Below, piece by piece: positions 1 through 9,357 of a stretch of DNA of 64,000 nucleotides. Source of the DNA: Desulfatiglandales bacterium (GTDB taxonomy: Bacteria > Desulfobacterota > DSM-4660 > Desulfatiglandales > HGW-15); assembly GCA_963667015.2 (NCBI GenBank), contig CAXXJJ010000004.1, positions 832,001 to 896,000 of the forward strand, in the 5' to 3' direction. Numbering within the stretch: position 1 is the stretch's first letter; each line of letters opens with the position of its first letter. The notes under the pieces were generated by a model, which saw only the letters and a program-made list of their open reading frames with translations, made no database searches and was not told the origin of the DNA. Made by a program: the position numbers and the translations under genes.

Positions 1-90
1 GTTTAGTGTGCTTCCCAATCGATATTTTGCTTTTTTTACTTCCCACTCAAAACCTTTATAACACCCCATCTGTAAATCCTGATATCCCAT
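1..90. repeat. Direct repeat copy A (duplicate of the 3' end of the HTH gene 2298-2558 plus its downstream flank)
   Basis: 1-90 matches 2263-2353, with the identical core CTTCCCACTCAAAACCTTTATAACACCCCATCTGTAAATCCTGATATC. Confidence 0.9.
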
Positions 91-190
91 AAATGATATG
101 ACTTATAAGATTATACGGTGTCTACTACCCGGCTTGACAAAAGCGCTTTTTTTTTAGAAAATTATTATTCCTTTTTAAAGGTTTCATAGT

Positions 191-230
191 GAAAGGCTGG
201 GAGATTGTCTCTCGGCCTTTCGCTTTTATT
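191..230 (+). terminator. Hairpin, putative intrinsic terminator
   Basis: GAAAGGC...GCCTTTC stem followed by a T-rich tract; TTGACA at 135-140 upstream. Confidence 0.45.
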
Positions 231-388
231 TATGATTACTGCTGCATTTTCGTTTTTCTCGCATTTCAAAAAAACAACTAAGTAAACATGTTCAATTGGA
301 TCATGAAATCTGCACTTTTGATTATTAATCGAAGTCTATACTTTTGCGAGGATAAAAATTGTTTTGACTTATAGCAGTAGTCTAAACT

Positions 389-450
389 CTGTAACACATC
401 ACCGTTAAAAAATGCGCCAGCGTTTTTCCGCGTGCATGCGATTGTTAGGC
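389..450 (-). mobile_element. Degenerate attC site of an integron-type cassette
   Basis: Minus strand GCCTAACAATCGCATGCACGCGGA...CGGTGATGTGTTAC; R'' GCCTAAC is the complement of GTTAGGC upstream of the gene (1858-1864). Confidence 0.65.
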
Positions 451-490
451 TATTGAATAAAGAAGATGCCAAAATATATTCAGAACTATC

Positions 491-1816
491 CTAATATTTG
501 CTCTCTTGAAGTAAAGACAAAAGCTTGTTTTCTTCATTTGAGAAATTATCTCCAAAGACTTTTTCTAAGAGCAGGTTTAGGTCTTTAATTTGTTTTGCCT
601 CTTTTGAAAGGTTCTTTAACAGCAGATATTTACGTTTTTTAAAAAAGGTTACGAGACTAGATAGTCCTACGCCTGCAATTTTAGAGAAATTTATTCCCTC
701 TGATAGTTTGTCCTCAAGGAAAGAATATTTCATATCTGCAGTTGATATTAAATCTATCGATGAGTTTAATTTGAATTCATTCCCGAAAATCTTTTCCATT
801 TCAGTCAGTCGCTTTTGAATCTTATCAATTCTTGATTCACACAAATCCTCTGACATTTCAATCATTAGGGATCGATATCTTCGAGCAGCTTTTGTATTTC
901 TTAATAAAATTGCTTCCTCAACTATTTGTTTTGGTGTATCAACTCGATTTAAAATAGTGCTTAATATAATAGGAATTCTATAAGTAATCTCAGGTAGATC
1001 AATAAAATCAGCGATCGTCTTTCTTAAGTCTTGATCCTTCTTTTCCAAATGTCTGAGAATTTTCTCTCCCATTGAAATTGAGACGGATCTTGATTGATGA
1101 GCCATTTCCCTAAAAAATGGTGTTCGCAAAGAATCTGGTTTGTAATTCAGGTTCAATATATTAGAGACCAACATATAATACCTCATTCTTGTTAACAGAG
1201 TGTCAGCATAAAAAGAGGCCTCTGTACCTGGTTTTAGTTTTTGTTCATCTTCATGATCATCATATAAATCATAGGGTGACGGTGTGTCATCAACGGCTGC
1301 TCTATCAAGAGGATCGAAATCAATTTGGTCATCTTTGTCCCAATCTTCACCTCTCCTGATTTCACCCTCATGAAGATAAAATGCAGTGTAACTTTCTATG
1401 TCATTGATTTTATTGGGGCGCTTTTTGGCATAACCGACTTGAGCGGGATCGCAAATCAAATCGATAGGAAATGGAAAGGTCATCCAAATATCTTTACCAA
1501 TTCCCGGGTATATTGTTCCCATATCACGGATCATATGATCTAAGCGATAGCCTGGTTCAAGGTCAACAATTTGACTTATTTCATTTGGTAGCATTGATAT
1601 GCATTCGGAAAATACATCGGTAGCTTGCCCTTTGGGAGGCGGTAAAAACAAAAGCTTTTCGTGAAGAACGATACTCTCAACAATGAGCGCAAGATCGAAA
1701 ACACGGTGAGGTGTTATTTTTTTGCCGTTAATGAGATCAATGCCCCAAACTAAGGAGGTCGCATCATGAAGAATCGCAGAATTGCTGTCATTGCCTTTTA
1801 TTAGAGAATTTTTCAT
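491..1816 (-). CDS. Hypothetical protein (441 aa), cassette cargo, candidate defence gene
   Basis: Long AT-rich ORF bounded by GTTAGGC and an attC-like site; no family recognised. Confidence 0.8.
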   Translation of the reverse strand: MKNSLIKGNDSNSAILHDATSLVWGIDLINGKKITPHRVFDLALIVESIVLHEKLLFLPPPKGQATDVFSECISMLPNEISQIVDLEPGYRLDHMIRDMGTIYPGIGKDIWMTFPFPIDLICDPAQVGYAKKRPNKINDIESYTAFYLHEGEIRRGEDWDKDDQIDFDPLDRAAVDDTPSPYDLYDDHEDEQKLKPGTEASFYADTLLTRMRYYMLVSNILNLNYKPDSLRTPFFREMAHQSRSVSISMGEKILRHLEKKDQDLRKTIADFIDLPEITYRIPIILSTILNRVDTPKQIVEEAILLRNTKAARRYRSLMIEMSEDLCESRIDKIQKRLTEMEKIFGNEFKLNSSIDLISTADMKYSFLEDKLSEGINFSKIAGVGLSSLVTFFKKRKYLLLKNLSKEAKQIKDLNLLLEKVFGDNFSNEENKLLSLLQESKY

Positions 1817-2262
1817 ACCCGCCTATAATGGTTTTTCGTAGGAATTAGAAATCAACCGCCTAACATTAATAATCAATTCGTTGCGAATTAATTACTGGTT
1901 TTCGTGATTTTACTATTGATAAGACTTTTGCATCGTAAATTTGACTCAATGGAAAGACTCTTAATTCAATATCATATCTTGCTAAATATTCAATATAATT
2001 TTGAATAGTGCAGGTTTTATACAAATATCCCCTATACTCAAAATGCGAATATTTGTGCCATATCGGTATATTTATTCGCAGCGAATTAATTTCTTAACTT
2101 AAAATTGAAAGGTGATAGTTGAAGAGTTCAAAACTTTAGCTTGCCATAGTCATGACTTTTATTCAAGCAAAGATTACCCCAATAAGTCCTAAGCTTGAAT
2201 TACAGATCACTGCTATTAATACCAACTTTCCTTATTTTTAAGATATGTTATGAATATCACAG

Positions 2263-2353
2263 GTTTAGTGTGCTCCTCAATCAATATATTCCTTTTTTCA
2301 CTTCCCACTCAAAACCTTTATAACACCCCATCTGTAAATCCTGATATCTCCAT
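2263..2353. repeat. Direct repeat copy B
   Basis: Matches 1-90. Confidence 0.9.
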
Positions 2354-2558
2354 AAGGAAGTTTAAACCACGCATCGTAAGGGATAGGCATATCCTCATCA
2401 GGGCGGCGTGAAAGATATTTTTTTAATGTCTGCTTATTAACACCCAGCATATCCGACGCTTCCGAAATAGTAAGAATGGTTTTAACATCAGCGGATGCAA
2501 GGTCCGCCTCTACGCTTTCCGACTTCTGACCTCTGTCTTCTGACTTCTGTCTTTTCAT
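2298..2558 (-). CDS. Small HTH DNA-binding protein (excisionase/MerR-like)
   Basis: LTISEASDMLGVNKQTLKKY HTH motif; overlaps the terL stop codon. Confidence 0.7.
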   Translation of the reverse strand: MKRQKSEDRGQKSESVEADLASADVKTILTISEASDMLGVNKQTLKKYLSRRPDEDMPIPYDAWFKLPYGDIRIYRWGVIKVLSGK

Positions 2559-4621
2559 CCCCTGCTCATAAAATTAGATTTAGCAACACCGCCCGGCCTC
2601 TGACTTCGCACCTCCGGCCTCTGCCTTGCCTGCTTAACCTGATATTTAACACCCAGTATTTCCGCAGCCAGAATGTTAAGCACCGAACAATCCCAGCCAT
2701 GATTTGCCGCATTGCTTGTGACCTTAACCCACTGTTGACTCTTTTCGTCAACCACTTCAGAACATAACTGTCGCGCCCATTCTTTGGTAGTTTCGTTATG
2801 CAAAAACCAGGCATATGGATCAGCAATGTTAGTGCTCAGTTTTCCATCTAAAATATCCTTGTAAAATTTATTATTGAACCTGTACAACCTCACTCCACCA
2901 GGTATCTTGGTTTTTGTACCGGGATAGTATTCCAGGTCGGAAAAAGAATGAGGTTGACTCATACGGGTACTGTCCACCCCTTGTGTCGGATAAATTCTGT
3001 AACGATGCTTGATACAAAAATTATATACTTCACTGGTTCTGCGCCCCATCGCATCCTGCAATGCCAGTAATACAAAGTATTCTTTACCTTCCGAATCATA
3101 ATACTTAGTATTCCACAATATTTGTTCAAGCGCGGCAAAGCCTCCAGGCATAACTTCCTGACCGGGAACCAGCGTACTTTTATCAATATCAGTGGCACCG
3201 GCTATAAAACCTTCGCGTATCTGCCAGCTCTCAGGTAAAAGCTTATCGGTATTGCCCCAACCCCATGCCCTGATCTCGTATGCAAACCATCCCCGGTCAT
3301 CAAGCCCGTGTGTATCTATCCCTGCAGTAAGGCAGCATACTTTATCGCCACCGGGAACGATCCCCCGCGGCCTGTCATCACGCAGCTTTAAAATCACATC
3401 TTCCTGCCGCTCCTGGGTAAAGTCGGTCCAGGGTTTAGCCGCGTGGGAATTGTTAAAATCTTTTAATTTGATTTTGTTTTTAATTGATGCAAGAAATGCA
3501 GCCGCAACCTCTTTTAATTTTACAAACCGGCTCAGCCATGAAGGAATATGAAAACCTATCTTGCGGGGTTTGTGTTTGTCGAGGTATTCAAACATTTCCA
3601 TACCAACCTGCCCCGGCGTAGATCCCGAAGCCTGGGCGTCAATATATTCCTTTTCTCCGTCCGGGCTCTTTTTCATTGCCCGCCATTTTCCCCACCTTAC
3701 GGCAGCGTTCCGTTTTGCTTCACCCCAGCATGATCCGCAATGCGGGCATACATAATGCACCTGGTTTTTGCTGTCCAGCACAAGGGCTGGGTCACGCATG
3801 TCCTCGGGCCATTTTATCTGTTCAAACACCATGGGCTGCTCGTGGCCGCAGTCCGGACAAACAACATGATATTCGAAAACAATATTGCAGTCGTTGAGCT
3901 CAACCCATATGGCACCGGTATCAATGGTGGGCGTGGATGAAATCCACATCTTGCGGCCATAATTGTAAGTCCTGAACCTCTTGCGCAGTTTATCGAGGGG
4001 CGCACCCTCTTTTTTTCCTGCAGTATCAGGGAATTTATCAACCTCATCGGCAATGATGTATTTAATGGACTTGTTTGCAAGCTTTGTCGGAGATCCCGCC
4101 CAGGTGGCATAAATGGGCATATGGGTAAGATTGATACGGCTCTTTGATTCATCATCCCTTGATCCTGTAAGGTATGTTTTTAGCCGTGGAGAATCCCGGA
4201 ACATAGGCAAAAGCCTGTCTTTTATATTATCCTTTGTCGTATCCTCATCAGGATAGGTATATGCCACAGGACCGGGCATTCTGTCCGCCATGTATCCTAT
4301 CAGCGTTTCCATTATAAACGACTTGGATACCTGGTCTGCACAGCATAAAACAATCTCCTCAACAGCATTATGAACCGAGGCATCCATTATGCCATTGGCA
4401 TATGGCACAGTCTCTTTTTTGTACCTGGTACCCGCCAAAGGTCCCACTGTAATAGGTCGGTGCTGCGGTGCCCATTCTGAAGGCGGTATTTTTTTTCGCT
4501 TACGTGCGACCTTTTTAACCGGCCTGGGCACAGTAAAAAGCGTCTGTTTGCCTTTAACTTCCTGCCACAATGCCAAAGGCATCCAAAGAGGCTTATGTGC
4601 TATTTTTATGGGGGCAATCAA
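2555..4621 (-). CDS. terL: Terminase large subunit, lambda GpA family
   Basis: QVSKS Walker A variant, IIADEVD Walker B, SSTPT motif, CPDC/CPHC zinc motif, AGID nuclease start, NHGWDC C-terminus. Confidence 0.92.
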   Translation of the reverse strand: MIAPIKIAHKPLWMPLALWQEVKGKQTLFTVPRPVKKVARKRKKIPPSEWAPQHRPITVGPLAGTRYKKETVPYANGIMDASVHNAVEEIVLCCADQVSKSFIMETLIGYMADRMPGPVAYTYPDEDTTKDNIKDRLLPMFRDSPRLKTYLTGSRDDESKSRINLTHMPIYATWAGSPTKLANKSIKYIIADEVDKFPDTAGKKEGAPLDKLRKRFRTYNYGRKMWISSTPTIDTGAIWVELNDCNIVFEYHVVCPDCGHEQPMVFEQIKWPEDMRDPALVLDSKNQVHYVCPHCGSCWGEAKRNAAVRWGKWRAMKKSPDGEKEYIDAQASGSTPGQVGMEMFEYLDKHKPRKIGFHIPSWLSRFVKLKEVAAAFLASIKNKIKLKDFNNSHAAKPWTDFTQERQEDVILKLRDDRPRGIVPGGDKVCCLTAGIDTHGLDDRGWFAYEIRAWGWGNTDKLLPESWQIREGFIAGATDIDKSTLVPGQEVMPGGFAALEQILWNTKYYDSEGKEYFVLLALQDAMGRRTSEVYNFCIKHRYRIYPTQGVDSTRMSQPHSFSDLEYYPGTKTKIPGGVRLYRFNNKFYKDILDGKLSTNIADPYAWFLHNETTKEWARQLCSEVVDEKSQQWVKVTSNAANHGWDCSVLNILAAEILGVKYQVKQARQRPEVRSQRPGGVAKSNFMSRG

Positions 4622-4784
4622 TTTTTATAATCAAGGTAGGAAATAAAACTATAGTTTACACGATAAGAAAAATAAATTTTATTGCGACTTCAAAATCTAT
4701 TTAGAAATTCCGCTCAATATTTTAGAAATTGTGATTTATAGCAGTAAGTGAAAATTAATAAAAAACAAGTCTTACCTGTTTTTA

Positions 4785-7607
4785 TCACTTCTTCAAATCT
4801 TCAAGCCAGCCTTGAATTAATTCGATTTTATCATTGGCTCCAATCGCCTTGAACAACTGCAGGCACATCATCCAAGCTTTCTCAGCCTTGTCCAGATCCC
4901 CTCGGATCCGGTAGACAATGCCCATGTTGCAGTAATTGTAAGCCATCCCTTCCCTGCGGCCCAGTTCCTCACTGAGAGCCAGGGACTTCCCGCACATCTC
5001 CAGAGCCTTGTCCAGATCCCCTCGGATCCGGTAGACAGTGCCCATGTTGCCGTACTGACTGGCCATCCCTTCCCTGCGGCCCAGTTCCTCATTGAGAGCC
5101 AGGGACTTCCCGTACATCTCCAGAGCCATGTCCAGATCCCCTCGGATCTGGTAGACAATGCCCATGTTGCCGTACTGATTGGCCATCCCTTCCCTGCGGC
5201 CCAGTTCCTCATTGAGAGCCAGGGACTTCCCGTACATCTCCAGAGCCATGTCCAGATCCCCTCGGATCTGGTAGACAATGCCCATGTTGCCGTACTGATT
5301 GGCCATCCCTTCCCTGCGGCCCAGTTCCTCATTGAGAGCCAGGGACTTCCCGTACATCTCCAGAGCCATGTCCAGATCCCCTCGGATCTGGTAGACAATG
5401 CCCATGTTGCCGTAATTGGAAGCCATCCCTTCCCTGCGGCCCAGTTCCTTTTCTATCGCCAGGGACTTCCCGTACATCTCCAGAGCCTTGTCCAGATCCC
5501 CTCGGATCCGGTAGACAATGCCCATGTTGCCGTACTGATTGGCCATCCCTTCCCTGCTGCCCAGTTCCTCATTGATAGCCAGGGACTTCCCGTACATCTC
5601 CAGAGCCTTGTCCAGATCCCCTCGGATCTGGTAGACATTGCCCATGTTGCCGTACTGATTGGCCATCCCTTCCCTGCTGCCCAGTTCCTCATTGATAGCC
5701 AGGGACTTCCCGTACATCTCCAGAGCCATGTCCAGATCCCCTCGGATCTGGTAGACAATGCCCATGTTGCCGTAATTGGAAGCCATCCCTTCCCTGCGGC
5801 CCAGTTCCTCACTGAGAGCCAGGGACTTCCCGCACATCTCCAGAGCCTTGTCCAGATCCCCTCGGATCTGGTAGACATTGCCCATGTTGCCGTACTGATT
5901 GGCCATCCCTTCCCTGCTGCCCAGTTCCTCATTGATAGCCAGGGACTTCCCGTACATCTCCAGAGCCTTGTCCAGATCCCCTCGGATCTGGTAGACATTG
6001 CCCATGTTGCCGTAATTGGAAGCCATCCCTTCCCTGCGGCCCAGTTCCTTTTCTATCGCCAGGGACTTCCCGTACATCTCCAGAGCCTTGTCCAGATCCC
6101 CTCGGGTCTGGTAGACAATGCCCATGTTGCCGTACTGATTGGCCATCCCTTCCCTGCGGCCCAGTTCCTCATTGAGAGCCAGAGCTATATGATTGTCAGA
6201 CATAAAGGAATCCAACAACCCGTATCTTAATTTTATTGAACCAAGCTGCGACACCTTATTGAGAAAATCATTAAATTCACCTATGTTAAATAAAAAAACA
6301 GGGAGGAAGACGAGTGCATCCCTGTCAATTTTCCCTCCAGATAAGTCATCACCAAGGATTTCTTTATAATGAGACAGTATACTGCTTAAAATTTCATGTT
6401 TAAGTTCTTTGAATTTTTTGATTTCTCCAGTTACGAAATCTTTTGCAGTAGTGTGTTTCGGGTAGGGGCATTCTGGCGAAACGCTATCTGACAGGGTGTC
6501 TTCATAGGTCACGCTATGAAGGAGCCCCCATACTGTTTGATCGTGCAATGCGGCTTTAATGGATGAAGCTGTAAGTCCTGTGAACCGAGTTAGTCTATCA
6601 AGGGAGTATGGATGAGGAAGGAGGCATACTGTTTGAACCAGCTTTAATACATTTCCATCTTTAATTTCTTCGTACCTTTGTTTCCAGAAACCATCAATGT
6701 CAGGAGGTAAAGAGTTCACATGGTCAATATTAATATCACCTTTGAAGTTTAAAAGTTGTGATATAGCCAAGTCAAGGAGAAGTGGCCATCCTTTGAACTT
6801 GGATAACAAAACTTCGCGTATATCGTGGTATAATATTCCTTTTTTGTCATAGGCATTTATGAAATCAATTTCTTCATCATCGGTGAGAAGATCGAGTTTT
6901 ATTGGAATACTGCAGATGTTTCTTAAGTCCTTATTCTCATATGCCTGGATTATAGAGTCTTCATTTCGCTGGGCGATGATGAAGCGTACCCGGGGTGGTA
7001 TTTCCCTGGCTGCGATATGCCTGAGAAGGGGGATAATATCTTCTGGACTTTCTTTTTCAGGGTCTAAGAAAATGATGATACGCTTAGCCCCGCCCATTGT
7101 TTTATCAAGCTCATCCAGCTCGTAATGGAACAATTGTGCAAGATTGGAGGGGGAAGATCCGCTTGCTTTATGACGGTTACGGATATCAACCAACGTAGTG
7201 GCTAATCCGGTTGCGCCAGTGGCGAGGGCTGCTGTCGCACCTCCAGTCGTTACACTGGCGGCAATAGCAAATCCGGTAAGGGTTGTTTTCAACCAGTCAC
7301 TACCACTCCCTATCTCCAGCGAGGGTTTTGCCTTTATTTGAGCAATAACAGGATAGATTTGTTCGGAAAACTCTGTTTGTCTTTTATCGATTTCACCAAG
7401 TGCTACCACATGACCTTGGGCGAATGCTTTTTTTGCCATGGCCTGAAGCAGTGAGGTTTTGCCCATACCTTGGTCACCTACAATAAGCAGGACCTGACCT
7501 TCGAGGTCTGAACTTGAGGTATTGATAAATTCTTCGAACTTTTTAAGATACTTTTTGCGACCAATAAATATTTTATTATCTTTCATTTTGTGGTCCGGAT
7601 CTGACAT
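4785..7607 (-). CDS. P-loop NTPase (STAND/AAA-like) with a C-terminal array of 40-aa TPR repeats, NLR-like
   Basis: FIGR motif, GDQGMGKT Walker A, IIIFLD Walker B, GWPLLL (GxP) motif; about 11 repeats of EGMANQYGNMGIVYQIRGDLDKALEMYGKSLA. Confidence 0.9.
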   Translation of the reverse strand: MSDPDHKMKDNKIFIGRKKYLKKFEEFINTSSSDLEGQVLLIVGDQGMGKTSLLQAMAKKAFAQGHVVALGEIDKRQTEFSEQIYPVIAQIKAKPSLEIGSGSDWLKTTLTGFAIAASVTTGGATAALATGATGLATTLVDIRNRHKASGSSPSNLAQLFHYELDELDKTMGGAKRIIIFLDPEKESPEDIIPLLRHIAAREIPPRVRFIIAQRNEDSIIQAYENKDLRNICSIPIKLDLLTDDEEIDFINAYDKKGILYHDIREVLLSKFKGWPLLLDLAISQLLNFKGDINIDHVNSLPPDIDGFWKQRYEEIKDGNVLKLVQTVCLLPHPYSLDRLTRFTGLTASSIKAALHDQTVWGLLHSVTYEDTLSDSVSPECPYPKHTTAKDFVTGEIKKFKELKHEILSSILSHYKEILGDDLSGGKIDRDALVFLPVFLFNIGEFNDFLNKVSQLGSIKLRYGLLDSFMSDNHIALALNEELGRREGMANQYGNMGIVYQTRGDLDKALEMYGKSLAIEKELGRREGMASNYGNMGNVYQIRGDLDKALEMYGKSLAINEELGSREGMANQYGNMGNVYQIRGDLDKALEMCGKSLALSEELGRREGMASNYGNMGIVYQIRGDLDMALEMYGKSLAINEELGSREGMANQYGNMGNVYQIRGDLDKALEMYGKSLAINEELGSREGMANQYGNMGIVYRIRGDLDKALEMYGKSLAIEKELGRREGMASNYGNMGIVYQIRGDLDMALEMYGKSLALNEELGRREGMANQYGNMGIVYQIRGDLDMALEMYGKSLALNEELGRREGMANQYGNMGIVYQIRGDLDMALEMYGKSLALNEELGRREGMASQYGNMGTVYRIRGDLDKALEMCGKSLALSEELGRREGMAYNYCNMGIVYRIRGDLDKAEKAWMMCLQLFKAIGANDKIELIQGWLEDLKK
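4861..6183. repeat. Tandem array of 11 x 120-bp coding repeats
   Basis: Exact 120-nt period; units 5101-5220 and 5221-5340 are identical. Confidence 0.97.
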
Positions 7608-7870
7608 GTTTAGCTCTTAGTTGCCGATCCATGAGGGTTCACGTTACTTGCCATAGTCTTAACTCACGCTGAATTTCAGATTATATTTATAAATCTTAAG
7701 TTTTAAGAATCAGAGTATTTAAAATTACTTACATCATCTATGAGTTCCAGCGAACTCAATAATATTTATGATATATTTAAAAGACTAAAGAGAAATGATT
7801 TTTACTGTACAATATGTTCAGACAAGTTTCAATATTGTATTTTTTTTATTACAATGCTTTTTTATAGCCG

Positions 7871-8986
7871 TTAAACCTCTTCCCCGAAAACCACCTGAAT
7901 ATTACTCATTTTCGCCATTTCATTAAGCGCCCGGTCCAATATGTCATTAAATATCTCAACAAACTGGGCAGGTCCATTTTCCGCGTTTACTATCAACTCA
8001 TATGCGTCATCAGCATCAATCTGTGCCTGACCTTTTGCCGCATTCTCCAACCCTACAGTAAGCGAAGCAAACTGCTGGTAGATAAGGGCCTTTTCAACTA
8101 CCTTTCCCTCTTCTTTAAGCAGTTTGAGTTCATCAAGCTTTCTTTTTGTTTCCTTACCCCGTAATTCTTCCTTTTGAAGCTGGTCAGCAAAGCCCTCTTC
8201 TTTATCTTTTTTAAGAGTGGCCTTCTTCTTGAGCCGGTTAATGGCATACTTCATCACCCTGTCATATGAAAAACCTCTGTCACCCATATCAGGCTGTATA
8301 TACCCTTTCTTTTTCCAATGGTTATACATGGTACGCCATGTAATCTTATAACCGAGACCGGAAAGATATTCTGCAGCCTCTTCACAGCTTTTAAACGACT
8401 CCGGATGCTCCTCATTTTGCTTAATGTCTGCTTTAACATATTGCTTAACCGGTTCAATATTTTTAGCCTCTTTATATTTCAGCTTATAATGAAATCCAAG
8501 GCAGGCAGAAACCGCGGTTATTCCTTTTCCATGAAAAAAATCCAGATAATAATTTAAAGTCTTTCCGGACGTGCATATATCATCAACAAAAAGAATTTTA
8601 TCATCTCTTGTGACACCGCTGATAATAAAACTGTTTTCATATCCTTCCGGGATCTCTTTTTCATGTTTCCATTTTCTTGTTTCAGTGTCTTCAATACGCC
8701 ATATGTGATTCCCGTATATTTTTTGCAAAGCATTAGGCTGTGATTCTATTGAGCTTGGCGGTATTGCAATTATTTTATTGCATTGCAGCTTTTCAGCCAG
8801 ATAGCCGACCATTTCTTTAACTTTGTCAGAGCCTTTACCCTTGCTTTTAAAATTATAGATCCAGTCAGTGGCTATTTTAGCCTCGTCATCCTTTGGCAGC
8901 TGCCGCAGGTTCGCTATTCTCGGAATATATGGGAAGAAACCATAAATTCCTTTCCACTCATATACAATAATTTCATTCTCAACCAT
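7871..8986 (-). CDS. Phosphoribosyltransferase domain fused to a terminase small subunit-like (wHTH plus coiled-coil) region
   Basis: ILFVDDICTSGKT PRPP-binding motif; the C-terminal half has an HTH and a helical region like Nu1-type TerS; lies upstream of terL. Confidence 0.65.
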   Translation of the reverse strand: MVENEIIVYEWKGIYGFFPYIPRIANLRQLPKDDEAKIATDWIYNFKSKGKGSDKVKEMVGYLAEKLQCNKIIAIPPSSIESQPNALQKIYGNHIWRIEDTETRKWKHEKEIPEGYENSFIISGVTRDDKILFVDDICTSGKTLNYYLDFFHGKGITAVSACLGFHYKLKYKEAKNIEPVKQYVKADIKQNEEHPESFKSCEEAAEYLSGLGYKITWRTMYNHWKKKGYIQPDMGDRGFSYDRVMKYAINRLKKKATLKKDKEEGFADQLQKEELRGKETKRKLDELKLLKEEGKVVEKALIYQQFASLTVGLENAAKGQAQIDADDAYELIVNAENGPAQFVEIFNDILDRALNEMAKMSNIQVVFGEEV

Positions 8987-8992
8987 AAAGTA

Positions 8993-9349
8993 TCATCCGG
9001 ATATTACAATAACTTCAATTCCCGCCTTTTTTCCACGCCCGACCATATCCTTTGTACCCCTGGATTTTGTAATATCCTCATGAAACGCTATTATTTTCAC
9101 AATTTCCGGATTTTCATCCAGCATTTGCTGATTTCGTCTGGGGCCAGCACCGCGACCACACCTTTTCCAGTCTGCGGGATAAACTTTACACTCTCTTAAC
9201 CCCAGTTTTTTCGCGATATTTCCGGCCATCAAATCAGCGCCCCTGCAGCCGCCATGAATAATCTGTGTATCTTTCGGAAGCTTTTCGAGCTCATTAAACA
9301 TAGCCTTATAATTTTTCCAATCTCTACTGCCAGTAACCAGGATTTTCAT
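8993..9349 (-). CDS. SLOG/YspA-like (DUF2493) protein
   Basis: LVTGSRDW, IIHGGCRGAD, AGPRRNQQM and SRGTKDM motifs. Confidence 0.85.
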   Translation of the reverse strand: MKILVTGSRDWKNYKAMFNELEKLPKDTQIIHGGCRGADLMAGNIAKKLGLRECKVYPADWKRCGRGAGPRRNQQMLDENPEIVKIIAFHEDITKSRGTKDMVGRGKKAGIEVIVISG

Positions 9350-9357
9350 ATTAACTC

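Noticed and set aside
4868..5998. Alternative-frame ORFs of 176 and 181 aa
   Set aside because: By-products of the stop-free TPR repeat in another frame
4861..6183. CRISPR array
   Set aside because: The repeats are contiguous 120-bp in-frame coding units with no unique spacers, and there are no cas genes
2140..7658. Shared 12-mer CTTGCCATAGTC upstream of both cargo genes (2140 and 7647)
   Set aside because: Short match with no extended similarity; may be chance
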